Notes: generated by a model not told the origin, from the sequence alone. Positions 36,740-47,764 are shown, counted from the first letter of the stretch. The stretch is 64,000 nt of DNA from Candidatus Nealsonbacteria bacterium RIFOXYB1_FULL_40_15 (GCA_001821555.1 MHMM01000004.1:47525-111524), one strand, 5' to 3'. Made by a program: numbers and translations.

Positions 36740-39700
36740 ATGAAGTTCACTCATTTGCATGTCCACTCCCACTATTCTCTTCTAGACGGGCTCCCCAAAA
36801 TAGACCTTCTGTTAGAAAGAGTAAAAGAGCTCGGAATGGATTCTGTGGCTATTACAGACCACGGGGTAATGTATGGAGCTATTGAGTTTTATCAGAAAGC
36901 AAAAAAAGCAGGAATAAAACCAATAATAGGATGCGAAGTCTATATGGCCCAGGAAAGAATGCATCAAAAAAGGCCAAAGATAGACGATAAGAAATACCAT
37001 CTTATTCTTCTGGCAAAAAATGAAACCGGATACAAAAATCTGGTAAAGCTTGTTACTAAAGCCCACCTTGAAGGATTTTACTACAAGCCCAGAATAGATG
37101 ACGAACTCTTAGCTAAGCACTCCGAAGGACTTATTGCAATGACTGCCTGCATCGCAGGGAGAATTCCCCGCTTGATAGCTTCAAAGAAATTTGACGAAGC
37201 TGAAAAACTAGCCCTAAGGTATCAGGAGATCTTTGGGCCTGGAAACTTTTATCTTGAGATACAACATCATCCGAATCTTCAAGACCAAAAACCGGTTAAT
37301 GAAGGACTCATTGCAATTTCAAAGAAATACGGCATTCCTCTCGTCGCCACAAACGATGCCCATTATTTAAGATTAGAAGATGCGGAAGCCCAGGATATTC
37401 TTATGCTTATAAACACAGGGGCAAAACCGGACGATCCCGAAAGAGCCACAATCAAATCAGATGATTTTTCCTTAAAGTCATCTGAAGAAATGGCGGATCT
37501 CTTTAAAGAAACGCCGGAAGCTATAGAGAATACCCAGAAAATAAAAGAAATGTGCAATTTAGAGCTTGAGTTGGGAAAAACTCTGCTCCCCCATTACGAG
37601 GTCCCAGAAGCAAAAGAACCCGATATTTATTTAAAAGATCTTTGCTTTAAAAATCTTGAAAAAAGATACGGCAGTAAGCCCGGGAAAGAAGTGGCAGAAC
37701 GCCTTGAATATGAGCTTTCGGTCATAAAGCAGACGGGATTTGCATCCTATTTTTTAATCGTGCAGGATTTTGTCAATTGGGCAAAAAGCCAAAGAATAGT
37801 GGTGGGACCAGGGAGAGGATCTGCGGCAGGTTCCATAGTCGCCTATCTTACGAATATAACAAATGTGGATCCTTTGAAGAATAATCTTCTCTTTGAGAGA
37901 TTTCTGAATCCGGAAAGGATCTCAATGCCTGATATTGATTTGGATTTCACCGACAGAAGAAGAGACGAGGTCATAAACTATGTGGCTGAAAAATACGGGA
38001 AAGACCACGTTGCCCAGATAATAACCTTCGGCACAATGGCTTCCAGGGCTGTTATCAGAGACGTAGGAAGAGCGTTGGGATACGAATACAGTTATTGCGA
38101 CAAAACCGCCAAAATGATCCCTTTCGGATTTTCTTTGAAAGACGCCTTAGAAAAAGTAGACGAATTCAGGGAATTTTATGAAGCTGATGAAAAAGCAACA
38201 CGTCTTATAGATTTAGGCCTAAAGCTGGAAGGAGTCGTAAGACATGCTTCCACCCATGCTTGCGGAGTTGTAATTTCGGCAAAACCCCTCACCGATCTGA
38301 CCCCCCTTCAGCGTCCAACCCAGGATGACAACAGCATCGTCACCCAGTTTGAAATGCATTCCATAGAAAGTCTAGGACTTTTGAAAATGGATTTTTTGGG
38401 GCTTAAAAATCTCACAATTATTGAAGATACTTTAGCCAGAATCTATGTTTTAAGAAACGGCTTGAAAATAGATATAGATAATATTCCCCCTGATGACGCT
38501 AAATCCTTCAAGCTTTTTCAAAAAGCTCAAACTACAAGCGTTTTCCAGTTAGAATCGGACGGGATGAAAAAATATCTCAAAGAATTAAAACCAACAGAAT
38601 TTGAAGATATTGTCGCCATGGTCGCCCTGTACAGGCCAGGCCCCATGCAATTCATACCCGAATATATAGCCAGAAAGCATAAGAAAAAAGAAATAGAATA
38701 CCTCCACCAGAAGTTAAAACCTATCTTAGAAAAAACACAGGGTATCTGCATATACCAAGAACAATTGATGCAAATAGCTAGAGACTTGGCCGGGTTTACC
38801 CTGGGAGAAGCCGATGTATTAAGAAAAGCCATCGGAAAGAAAATACCGGAGCTTCTGAAAGAACAGGAAAAGAAATTTATCCAGGGGATGATTAACAATG
38901 GCATTGACGGCAAGATAGCAATAAAACTTTGGGAATGGGTATTGCCTTTCGCCCAGTATGGATTTAACAAATCCCACTCGGCAGCATACGCTACAATCGC
39001 CTACCAGACAGCTTACCTCAAAGCCAATTTCCCCGTAGAATTCATGGCATCGGTGCTGACATCCGAAAAAGGAGATATAGAAAGAGTCGCCTTTTTGATA
39101 GACGAATGCAGGCAGATGGGGATAGAAGTCTTAGCTCCCAGCATAAATGAAAGTTTAAGAAATTTTACTGTAGTAGAAGAAGGTAAAAAGATAAGATTCG
39201 GCCTTATAGCAATTAAGAATGTCGGAGAAAATATAGTGGATGTGATAGTGGAGGAAAGAAAAAACGGAAAATTCAGCTCAATAGCAGACTTTCTCCAGAG
39301 GGTTCAGTCTAAGGATTTGAATAAAAAATCAATGGAAGCATTGATAAAATCGGGCGCTTTTGACGAATTTGAAGAAAGAAACAAGCTTTTGCAAAATTTA
39401 GAAAGACTTCTAGAATGGTCAAAAGAATCCCAGAAAAATAAAGCTATGGGGCAGAAAGGGCTCTTTGAGTCTTCGGGCTTTGCAGTTTCTGTTTCTCTAG
39501 AAGAAGCTCCCGCGCTTTCTAATTTAGAAAGGTTAAGGTGGGAGAAAGAACTGCTCGGGCTTTACGTCAGCTCCCATCCATTAGAAGATTTTAAAGAAGC
39601 AATGAAAGGAACGACTGCGTTAAAAGAGCTGAAAAACTGTTTTATGAAACAGAGGGTAAAAGTCGGAGGAGTTATCTCAAGCGTTAAAAAGATAATAACA

Positions 39701-39901
39701 AAAACAGGCAAGCCGATGCTTTTCGTAAAGCTAGAGGATGTTTCCGAAAAAGCAGAAGTCGTTGTCTTTCCCTCCACTCTAGAAAAATACCCTCAAGCTT
39801 TTGAAGAGAATAAAATTGTGTTTATTTCAGGAACCGTAGATCACAGGGATAATTCTCCGAAAGTAATAGCGGATTCTGCCGAAGAAATAATCGTGTCGTA
39901 A
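36740..39901 (+). CDS. dnaE: DNA polymerase III alpha subunit
   Basis: HLHVHSHYSLLDG PHP domain, GRGSAAGS, PDIDLDF, KMDFLGL, YGFNKSH; start set at MKFTH. Confidence 0.98.
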   Translation: MKFTHLHVHSHYSLLDGLPKIDLLLERVKELGMDSVAITDHGVMYGAIEFYQKAKKAGIKPIIGCEVYMAQERMHQKRPKIDDKKYHLILLAKNETGYKNLVKLVTKAHLEGFYYKPRIDDELLAKHSEGLIAMTACIAGRIPRLIASKKFDEAEKLALRYQEIFGPGNFYLEIQHHPNLQDQKPVNEGLIAISKKYGIPLVATNDAHYLRLEDAEAQDILMLINTGAKPDDPERATIKSDDFSLKSSEEMADLFKETPEAIENTQKIKEMCNLELELGKTLLPHYEVPEAKEPDIYLKDLCFKNLEKRYGSKPGKEVAERLEYELSVIKQTGFASYFLIVQDFVNWAKSQRIVVGPGRGSAAGSIVAYLTNITNVDPLKNNLLFERFLNPERISMPDIDLDFTDRRRDEVINYVAEKYGKDHVAQIITFGTMASRAVIRDVGRALGYEYSYCDKTAKMIPFGFSLKDALEKVDEFREFYEADEKATRLIDLGLKLEGVVRHASTHACGVVISAKPLTDLTPLQRPTQDDNSIVTQFEMHSIESLGLLKMDFLGLKNLTIIEDTLARIYVLRNGLKIDIDNIPPDDAKSFKLFQKAQTTSVFQLESDGMKKYLKELKPTEFEDIVAMVALYRPGPMQFIPEYIARKHKKKEIEYLHQKLKPILEKTQGICIYQEQLMQIARDLAGFTLGEADVLRKAIGKKIPELLKEQEKKFIQGMINNGIDGKIAIKLWEWVLPFAQYGFNKSHSAAYATIAYQTAYLKANFPVEFMASVLTSEKGDIERVAFLIDECRQMGIEVLAPSINESLRNFTVVEEGKKIRFGLIAIKNVGENIVDVIVEERKNGKFSSIADFLQRVQSKDLNKKSMEALIKSGAFDEFEERNKLLQNLERLLEWSKESQKNKAMGQKGLFESSGFAVSVSLEEAPALSNLERLRWEKELLGLYVSSHPLEDFKEAMKGTTALKELKNCFMKQRVKVGGVISSVKKIITKTGKPMLFVKLEDVSEKAEVVVFPSTLEKYPQAFEENKIVFISGTVDHRDNSPKVIADSAEEIIVS

Positions 39902-39945
39902 AAGAAAAGCCGAGAAGAATCCTCTCTCGGCGATTTCAAAATCCG

Positions 39946-40092
39946 CTATCCTTGAAGATTGGTACTGACACTCTGGTCGGGTCTTTTTTTGTCTCGTCGC
40001 CTCTTTTCAGCACCTTCTTTTATGATTTTTTCTATTCTTTTTCTCCACTCTGCAATTTCCTCTGGCGTCATACGCCTGAATTCTTTTTCCAT
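39946..40092 (-). CDS. Small basic hypothetical protein (48 aa); absent from the ORF track
   Basis: MEKEFRRMTPEEIAEWRKRIEKII...; purine-rich SD-like region and an upstream TTGACA. Confidence 0.45.
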   Translation of the reverse strand: MEKEFRRMTPEEIAEWRKRIEKIIKEGAEKRRRDKKRPDQSVSTNLQG

Positions 40093-40225
40093 ACCGCCAT
40101 CTCCAAATTTAGCGTTAAATTTAAAACAACTGATTAAAACTTACCAGAAATATATAAATTGTCAAATTTATATAGCTTACCAATGTTTATTGCTGTTTTG
40201 GACTAATTGTACTAATATGTAATAT

Positions 40226-41929
40226 ATGGAAAAAAAGAGGCATTCTTTAGCCCACGTATTGGCTTTCGCAGTAAAAAATCTTTATCCTGATGTTAAGTTC
40301 GGGATGGGGCCTGCGATAGAAAACGGTTTTTACTATGATTTTGGCAATCTCAAGATTTCAGATTCAGACCTTCCGAAAATAGAAAAGGAAATGAAAAAGA
40401 TTATAGCCAAAGATATTCTCTTTGAAAAGTCTGACATATCAAATCAAGAAGCCAAAGATTTATTCAAAGACCAGCCCTACAAACTGGATCTCCTGAAAGA
40501 ACTCCCTGAAACAGTTTCTGTTTACAAATCAGGAGATTTTAGGGATCTTTGTTCTGGGCCTCATATAAAATCGGTAAAAGAAATAGCCCAGAACTCTTTT
40601 AGACTTTCCAGGATTGCCGGCGCTTACTGGAAGGGCGACGAAAAGAATCCCATGCTTACCAGGATATACGGCCTCGCCTTTGAAAACGAAAATGCTTTAA
40701 ATGATTTTTTAAAGTTTCAGGAGGAGGCCGAGAAGAGGGACCATAGGAAACTGGGCGCCCAGCTGGACCTGTTTACAATAGACGAAGAAACCGGCCAAGG
40801 CCTTCCTTTGTGGCTTCCGAAGGGGGCGTTAATCAGAAGGTTAATAGAAAATTACCTTTATAATGAATTAACTGCTGAAGGTTATAATTGGCTCTATACT
40901 CCTCATATAGGAAAGTTAAATCTTTGGAAAACATCCGGGCATTGGAATTTTTACAAAGAAAATCTTTACTCCCCCATTCAGATAGACGAAGAACAGTATC
41001 TGTTAAAACCCATGAATTGCCCGTTTCATCTCAAGGCGTATAACTCCAAGAAAAGAAGCTACAAAGAATTGCCGATAAAATACGCGGAGTTTGGAACAGT
41101 CTACAGATATGAAAGATCGGGAACCCTGCACGGATTGACCCGTGTCCGAGGATTTACCCAGGACGATGCCCATCTTATCTGCGCCTCAGAGCAAATGCCG
41201 AAAGAATTGGAAAAACTGGTAAAACATGGCATAAAAATACTTAAAAATTTCGGCTTTAAAGAGTTTAACATATATCTTTCTACCCGGCCGGAGGTTTCAG
41301 CCGGAACAGACGAAGGCTGGGAAAAGGCAACCGAAACATTAAAACAGGTTTTAAATAAATTAAAATTGAAATTCCAGGTGGATCAAGGAGGCGGAGTTTT
41401 TTATGGGCCAAAGATAGATATCAAAATAAAAGACTCCTTGGGAAGAGAATGGCAATGCACAACTGTTCAGTTTGATTTTAATCTGCCCGAGAAGTTCAAG
41501 ATACGCTATGTGGACAAAGACGGTCAAGAAAAGGAGCCGTTTATGATTCACAGGGCGCTTCTCGGATCATTTGAGAGATTTTTCGGGGTTCTTATAGAAC
41601 ATTTTACCGGGGCTTTCCCCGTCTGGCTTTCTCCGGTTCAGGCTTCTGTCATACCTATAAGCAAAAAACACTTAAAATACGCAAAAGATATCTATAAAAA
41701 GCTCCAAGAAAACGAAATAAGGGCAGAAATATTCCAGGAAAATGAGACCGTAGGGAAAAAAATAAGAGCTGCTGAAATGCAAAAAATTCCATATATTTTC
41801 ATTATAGGAGACAAAGAGCAGAAGAAAGGAACAGTAAGCGTAAGACAGAGAAAAAAGGGAGATATAGGAAATTTCAAACTGAAAAAAGCTATAGAAAAGA
41901 TTTTAGAAGATATTGAAAAGAGGAAATGA
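40226..41929 (+). CDS. thrS: Threonine--tRNA ligase (no N-terminal TGS domain)
   Basis: RHSLAH, DLC.GPH, RDHRKLG, KPMNCP, RVRGFTQDDAH, MIHRA motifs. Confidence 0.98.
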   Translation: MEKKRHSLAHVLAFAVKNLYPDVKFGMGPAIENGFYYDFGNLKISDSDLPKIEKEMKKIIAKDILFEKSDISNQEAKDLFKDQPYKLDLLKELPETVSVYKSGDFRDLCSGPHIKSVKEIAQNSFRLSRIAGAYWKGDEKNPMLTRIYGLAFENENALNDFLKFQEEAEKRDHRKLGAQLDLFTIDEETGQGLPLWLPKGALIRRLIENYLYNELTAEGYNWLYTPHIGKLNLWKTSGHWNFYKENLYSPIQIDEEQYLLKPMNCPFHLKAYNSKKRSYKELPIKYAEFGTVYRYERSGTLHGLTRVRGFTQDDAHLICASEQMPKELEKLVKHGIKILKNFGFKEFNIYLSTRPEVSAGTDEGWEKATETLKQVLNKLKLKFQVDQGGGVFYGPKIDIKIKDSLGREWQCTTVQFDFNLPEKFKIRYVDKDGQEKEPFMIHRALLGSFERFFGVLIEHFTGAFPVWLSPVQASVIPISKKHLKYAKDIYKKLQENEIRAEIFQENETVGKKIRAAEMQKIPYIFIIGDKEQKKGTVSVRQRKKGDIGNFKLKKAIEKILEDIEKRK

Positions 41930-43533
41930 ATAAGATTTCCCTTCCAGCCCAAAAGCTGGCAGAAAAATACAGGATTTCAACTGAAACAAAAGAAAACTCC
42001 CAAACAATTCATGTGGATGAGGTTGCTTCAAGGGTAGCGGCATTTTATGAAAAGATAAGAGGAATAATAGATTGGAAAGAAGAGCATCTGCTGAAAAGAA
42101 GAGCCATAGAAAGGATTTTAAAAAGAAGGATATTTTCTAAAATGGCTCTTACGGAAGAAGGCATATCCGGAAACTGCAACTTTGCGGAGCCTTTTGTTAT
42201 GGAACTGATAAGAGGCGGGCACTTCCCGAACGATAAGATAGAAGAAAGCAAAATAAAAGAAGTCCAGGATGCTATAAATAAGTATATTTTTATAATAAGA
42301 GTGTGCCAGAAGAAAGAAGAAAAATCAAAGATAGAGCTATATAGCTGGCTCACCGAAATAGCCGCCTGCGAAATAGAAGAAATTCTCTCCCCCTCAATAA
42401 GAGAAAGGGCTTTGATGGACTATATGACCGAAGCAATGAAAGAAAGGATAAAGATCTCGGATAATATTTTAGAACAGACCAAAATAACAGAGGAGGAGAA
42501 AAAAGAACAAACCTATATAGCTGCGCAAAGAGCTTTGTTCAAGCTGGATCCTTCGGTTATCACTTATCACATTCTGAAAAGAACCTACTCTGATTGGAAA
42601 AATATGTCCAGAGAAAAACTTTCAGACATAGCAGAGAATATATACGAGATAAAAGAAAATATGGATAAAGTTCTTGAACATCCTATTTCTGATAAGTTTT
42701 ATCAGATAGCTGAAAAATATGACACTCCTTTTCTTCTTTTAGGAGATGCTTTATCGGCAAGCGAAGACTTATTTTCAAGCCCTGAAAATCTTGAAAAGGA
42801 AATTTCCAGAGCTTATAAAAAAAGAGTGTCTACTCTTAAAAAAAGACTTGGGAGGGCGGCCCTTTACTCTACTCTGTCAATATTCCTTACAAATATAGTT
42901 TCTCTTTTCATAATTGAAATTCCTTTTAATAAATGGATAACGGGATATTATTTCAATATGTCTGCCATGCTCATAGACATATTTGTTCCGACTTTCTTAA
43001 TGTTTTTTCTTGTCGCAACAGTAAGGCCCCCCAGCAAAGAGAATCTTCCCAGGGTTATAATGGAAGTGATGAAAATAGTTTATGAAAAAGAGCTAAATAC
43101 CTACGAGATTAAATCTTTTGGAAAGAAAAAAAATATATTCCTCTGGGGCATTATAAACACAATCTATTTAATCTGTTCCGCCCTCATCATATCTTTAATC
43201 GTCTGGGGGCTTTCAAAAGTGAACTTCCCTCCTCTTTCCCATATAATTTTCATAATATTCTTTGCATTAATTGCTTTTGCGGGAACAAAGATAAGGCAAA
43301 GAGCAAAAGAGCTCCAGGTAATAGAAGAACGAGAATCCTTCCTGCATTTTTTTACCGATCCTTTCGCAATTCCCATAATCCAGCTTGGCAAATGGCTTAC
43401 ACTAAAATGGAAAAAGTATAACATAATAGCGGTATTTTTTTCTGCTCTGATAGATATGCCCTTCACTGTATTTGTGGAATTCATAGAACAGTGGAGATAT
43501 TTTATAAAAGAGAAGAAAGAGAAAATACACTAA
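41926..43533 (+). CDS. Hypothetical membrane protein (soluble N-terminal domain plus four TMs)
   Basis: 535-aa ORF with 4-bp overlap with thrS. Confidence 0.8.
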   Translation: MNKISLPAQKLAEKYRISTETKENSQTIHVDEVASRVAAFYEKIRGIIDWKEEHLLKRRAIERILKRRIFSKMALTEEGISGNCNFAEPFVMELIRGGHFPNDKIEESKIKEVQDAINKYIFIIRVCQKKEEKSKIELYSWLTEIAACEIEEILSPSIRERALMDYMTEAMKERIKISDNILEQTKITEEEKKEQTYIAAQRALFKLDPSVITYHILKRTYSDWKNMSREKLSDIAENIYEIKENMDKVLEHPISDKFYQIAEKYDTPFLLLGDALSASEDLFSSPENLEKEISRAYKKRVSTLKKRLGRAALYSTLSIFLTNIVSLFIIEIPFNKWITGYYFNMSAMLIDIFVPTFLMFFLVATVRPPSKENLPRVIMEVMKIVYEKELNTYEIKSFGKKKNIFLWGIINTIYLICSALIISLIVWGLSKVNFPPLSHIIFIIFFALIAFAGTKIRQRAKELQVIEERESFLHFFTDPFAIPIIQLGKWLTLKWKKYNIIAVFFSALIDMPFTVFVEFIEQWRYFIKEKKEKIH

Positions 43534-43610
43534 GAAAAGTATCAAGCATAAAATTACTTTCGGAAATTTTCCGTGTTATACGCAATACTTTATACAAAAT
43601 ACATTATACA

Positions 43611-44819
43611 ATGCGATATTTTATTATCACATACGGCTGCCAGATGAATATTTCAGACTCTGAAAGGATATCAGGGGCTATGAAAAGATCGGGGTTAAAG
43701 CCCGCAAAGAGTCTTGAGGAGTCGGATCTTGCCGTAATAAATATGTGCTCTGTAAGGCGATCCGCCTCTGACAGGATTTTGGGTTCTTTGCCCAAATTCA
43801 AGGGAAAAACCACCGTTCTTACGGGGTGTATTCTTCCAAAAGAAAGAAGAAGGTTTTCTAAATTTTTTGATTACGTCTTGGATATAAAAGAGCTGGGAGA
43901 ATGGCCATTCTCATCCTTCAAAGAAAAAGATTACTTTAGGATAGAGCCGGAATATTCAAGTAAATTTTCTGCCTGCATTCCGATTATGACGGGCTGCAAT
44001 AATTTTTGCAGTTATTGCGCAGTCCCCTATACCAGAGGGCGAGAAATCTCAAGACCAAAGAAAGAGATTATCAAAGAAGCTAAAACTCTTGTAGAAAAAG
44101 GATTCAAAGAAATATGGCTTTTGGGGCAAAATGTCAATTCATATAAATACGAGTTTTCCGATCTTCTAAGGAAAATAAACACTATTCCCGGAAAGTTTTG
44201 GATAAGATTCACTTCTTCCCACCCTAAGGACTTTTCCGAAGACCTGATAAAAACGATGAAAGAATGCTCAAAGATCACTCCCTATCTCAACCTTCCTGTC
44301 CAATCGGGAGATTCTAATGTTTTGAAGAGAATGAACAGGCCGTATACTATAAAAAAGTATAAAGAAATAGTAAAAAAAATAAGGAAAGAAATTCCTGAAA
44401 TATCTATTTCAACTGATGTGATAGTCGGATTTTGCGGAGAAACTAAAAAAGAATTTGAAAATACAAAAAAACTTTTTAAGGAAATAAAATACGACATGGC
44501 TTATATAAACAAGTATTCTGAAAGGCCTGGAACAGAATCAGCCGAGAAAATGAAGGATGATATATCCAAAAAAGAAAAATCAAGAAGAGAAAAAGAACTG
44601 AATGAGATCCTAAAAGAAACTGCCCTCAAAAACAATAAAAAATATGAAGGAAAAACAATTGAGGTTTTGATTTCAGAGTTCCGAAAGGGGTTTCTTTATG
44701 GAAAATCAAAAAATTACAAAACAGTAAGGATTGAAGGCTCCGAAGAAATGGTTGGAAGTTTTAGACAAGTTAAAATAAAAAGAGCCCTTTCATGGGGACT
44801 TGAGGGAATATTAAAATGA
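43611..44819 (+). CDS. miaB: tRNA-2-methylthio-N6-dimethylallyladenosine synthase
   Basis: TYGCQMN, CNNFCSYC radical SAM motif, TRAM domain; adjacent to miaA. Confidence 0.93.
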   Translation: MRYFIITYGCQMNISDSERISGAMKRSGLKPAKSLEESDLAVINMCSVRRSASDRILGSLPKFKGKTTVLTGCILPKERRRFSKFFDYVLDIKELGEWPFSSFKEKDYFRIEPEYSSKFSACIPIMTGCNNFCSYCAVPYTRGREISRPKKEIIKEAKTLVEKGFKEIWLLGQNVNSYKYEFSDLLRKINTIPGKFWIRFTSSHPKDFSEDLIKTMKECSKITPYLNLPVQSGDSNVLKRMNRPYTIKKYKEIVKKIRKEIPEISISTDVIVGFCGETKKEFENTKKLFKEIKYDMAYINKYSERPGTESAEKMKDDISKKEKSRREKELNEILKETALKNNKKYEGKTIEVLISEFRKGFLYGKSKNYKTVRIEGSEEMVGSFRQVKIKRALSWGLEGILK

Positions 44820-45703
44820 AAAAGATAGTTGTTATTTTAGGCCCCACTGCTTCCGGAAAAACAGATCTTTCCATAAAACTCGCAAAGAAATTCGGTGGAG
44901 AGATTGTTTCTGCAGACTCAAGGCAGGTTTATAAGGGAATGAACATAGGAACAGGAAAAGCAACGAAAAAAGAAATGCAGGGCATTCCGCATCATCTTTT
45001 AGATGTCGCCTCTCCCAAGAAAAGATTTACCGTTGCCCAGTATAAGAAATTAGCCGAAAAAGCTATAAAAAATATCCAAAAAAAAGGCAGATTGCCTTTT
45101 CTGGTAGGAGGCACCGGATTTTACATACAAGCAGTAATAGACGGGATTATAATTCCTGAAGTAAAACCAGACTTAAAATTAAGGAAGGGGCTAGAACAAA
45201 AATCTGCCGAAGACTTGTTCAAAAGATTAGAAAGGATTGATCCTAAAAGGGCCAAGAACATAGACAAATTCAATAAAAGACGCTTAGTCAGGGCGCTGGA
45301 AATTGTTATGTCAAGCAAATCTCCCGTTCCCCCGCTCAAAACTAATCCGATTGATTCAGAAATCCTTATTCTGGGAACAAATAAAAAGGACCTGAATAAG
45401 CTTATTTATTATAGACTTATTAAACGCTTAAAATATGGAATGATAGCCGAAGTAAAAAGACTGCGCAAACAAGGAGTTTCTTGGAAACGCCTTGAAGAGT
45501 TCGGTTTAGAGTATAGATATATCGCCCTATTCTTGCAAGGCAAAATATCAAAAAAAGAAATGATAGAAAAACTCCAGAAAGAAATAGAACATTATGCCAA
45601 AAGACAGATGACTTGGTTTAAGAGAGATAAAAGAATACATTGGATAAAAAACGAGAAACAGGCTCGCAACCTCTTAAAAAACTTTACTTCAACAACTTCT
45701 TAA
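44816..45703 (+). CDS. miaA: tRNA dimethylallyltransferase
   Basis: GPTASGKT, DSRQVY, VGGTGFY, YAKRQMTWF motifs. Confidence 0.97.
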   Translation: MKKIVVILGPTASGKTDLSIKLAKKFGGEIVSADSRQVYKGMNIGTGKATKKEMQGIPHHLLDVASPKKRFTVAQYKKLAEKAIKNIQKKGRLPFLVGGTGFYIQAVIDGIIIPEVKPDLKLRKGLEQKSAEDLFKRLERIDPKRAKNIDKFNKRRLVRALEIVMSSKSPVPPLKTNPIDSEILILGTNKKDLNKLIYYRLIKRLKYGMIAEVKRLRKQGVSWKRLEEFGLEYRYIALFLQGKISKKEMIEKLQKEIEHYAKRQMTWFKRDKRIHWIKNEKQARNLLKNFTSTTS

Positions 45704-47132
45704 GCGTGTCGCGGGCAATATCAGGTTTGGCCCTGCCTTTAGTGGCGGCCATAACTTGGCCCACCAAAAACTGCAAAGATTCTTCTTTTCCTCCTTTATA
45801 ATCCTCTACTGCTTTTTTATTTTTACCAATCACCTCTTTTACAATTGATTCTATCTCCCCCTCCCCCTCAATTTGCCCTAATCCCCCTTCTTCTATAATG
45901 TGGGATGGATCTTTGCCCTTCGCCATCATTTCTGCTAAAACCTGCTTTGCTGTTTTTGAAGATATTTTACCTCCGTATATCAGAGCAATAAATTCTCCGA
46001 AGTTTTCGGGCGTTACCTTAATTTCTTTTGCGGATCTGCCGGCCAGCAACCCCTGAAGGTCAGTAGTAATATAGTTATAGGCAAGTTTTGTAAGTTTCAG
46101 AAGATCTTCTTCGGCAATTTTTCTTTTCTGCTCTATTGTTTTCACCCATTCTTTCAATTCGGACATTACCTGCTCAAAATAACATCCTAGGTCCTTATCC
46201 GAAACAAACATTTCTATATTCTCAAGCCCATATTCCTTTCTAAACCTTTCTCTTTTTTCGGAAGGAAGCTCGGAAATCTCTCTTTTTATCTCATCTACAA
46301 AAGATTTTTCTATATGAAAAGTCGGAAGATCCGGCTCCGGCAGATACCTATAATCGTGCGCCTCCTCTTTTTCTCTCTGGCTTAATGTTTTTTGCTTTTT
46401 ATCGTGCCATCCCCTGGTTTCCTGGACTATTTTGCCTCCTTCTTCCAGAATTTCAGTTTGCCTTTCAATTTCATAATCAACAGCTTTTTCCACGACTCTG
46501 AAGGAGTTAAGATTTTTAATTTCTACCTTAGTCCCCAGCTTTTTTGTTTTGCTCAAGCTTATATTCACCTCTACTCTCATTTGGCCCTTCTCCATATCTG
46601 CATTAGAAACTCCCAAATATCTTAAAATAAGCTGGAGTTCTTGGGCAAATTGCCTGGCTTGGCTTCCTGAATAAATATCGGGTTCTGTCACCATTTCCAT
46701 CAGAGGAACGCCTGCCCTGTTGAGGTCAACCAGAGACTCTCCGTCTTTATGAATAAGTCTTCCCGTATCTTCTTCAAGATGAATTCTTTTAATCCTCACT
46801 TTTTTCCCCTCTATCTCCAAAAATCCCCCCTCGCAAAAAGGCATATCATATTGGGATATTTGATATCCTTTCGGCAGATCGGGATAAAAATAGTTCTTTC
46901 TGTCAAATTTAGACTCTTTGGCTATTTTTGATCCTAAGGCAAGCCCTGTTTTTATAACCTTTCTTACGGCCTCCTTATTGACAACCGGCAAAGTCCCCGG
47001 CTGGGCAGTACAAACAGGGCAAATATTAAAATTGGGTCTTTTTTCTAAAGGATCGTTTTTGCAAGAGCAAAACATTTTGGATTTTGTATTTAGTTCTGCG
47101 TGGATCTCAAGTCCTATTGTAGGTTTATACAT
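45684..47132 (-). CDS. gatB: Asp/Glu-tRNA amidotransferase subunit B
   Basis: IGLEIHAEL, RKNYFYPDLPKGYQISQ, EIKNLNSF motifs. Confidence 0.98.
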   Translation of the reverse strand: MYKPTIGLEIHAELNTKSKMFCSCKNDPLEKRPNFNICPVCTAQPGTLPVVNKEAVRKVIKTGLALGSKIAKESKFDRKNYFYPDLPKGYQISQYDMPFCEGGFLEIEGKKVRIKRIHLEEDTGRLIHKDGESLVDLNRAGVPLMEMVTEPDIYSGSQARQFAQELQLILRYLGVSNADMEKGQMRVEVNISLSKTKKLGTKVEIKNLNSFRVVEKAVDYEIERQTEILEEGGKIVQETRGWHDKKQKTLSQREKEEAHDYRYLPEPDLPTFHIEKSFVDEIKREISELPSEKRERFRKEYGLENIEMFVSDKDLGCYFEQVMSELKEWVKTIEQKRKIAEEDLLKLTKLAYNYITTDLQGLLAGRSAKEIKVTPENFGEFIALIYGGKISSKTAKQVLAEMMAKGKDPSHIIEEGGLGQIEGEGEIESIVKEVIGKNKKAVEDYKGGKEESLQFLVGQVMAATKGRAKPDIARDTLKKLLK

Positions 47133-47709
47133 ATTTTTTAATTTCTTCTAAAACTTCTTCTTTTGATTTTTCTGCATTTATAATTTTAAAGTTTCTGAAC
47201 CTCTGTGCAAGCGAATCGTAAGCTTGGGCTACTTTTATAAGAATCTCTTCCTTTTCAAATAATTCCTTTGGATTTCCCCTATTATCTATTCTCTTAATTG
47301 CAGTTTTTGCTCTTACCTTAAGAAGAAATATTAGGTCAGGGTACAAAAAATCTCTATTCAGCTCCATTAAATATTCCACATTAGCTCCGTCTGCCACGCC
47401 AAAAGCATATGTTGAAAAAAAATACCGGGCAGAAAGAACTGTCTTCCCCGAATTCAGAGCAGGGATTATTTGCTTTTCCAAATGTTCTTTTCTATCTTTA
47501 GCATACAATATTTGAAATTCAATAGGATCAATTTTAATTGCTTCCTTGAGAATTTTTTTTATTTTTCTTCCGGCTTCAGACTCAGTTGTAGGTTCTTTTG
47601 TTGTAAAAACATCCGTCCCGTTTTCTATCAAATAGTTTTTTATACCCTCAACCGCCGTACTGCTTCCGGCTCCATCAATTCCCTCAAAAACAATAAATTT
47701 TCCTGCCAT
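47125..47709 (-). CDS. tmk: Thymidylate kinase
   Basis: FIVFEGIDGAGSST (P-loop Lys absent), KEPT, RYFFSTYAFG, PDL. Confidence 0.85.
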   Translation of the reverse strand: MAGKFIVFEGIDGAGSSTAVEGIKNYLIENGTDVFTTKEPTTESEAGRKIKKILKEAIKIDPIEFQILYAKDRKEHLEKQIIPALNSGKTVLSARYFFSTYAFGVADGANVEYLMELNRDFLYPDLIFLLKVRAKTAIKRIDNRGNPKELFEKEEILIKVAQAYDSLAQRFRNFKIINAEKSKEEVLEEIKKYV

Positions 47710-47764
47710 ACTACAATATATCATATCCTTCCCCACAAAAAAAGCCCGGAAAGTCCGGTCTTTT

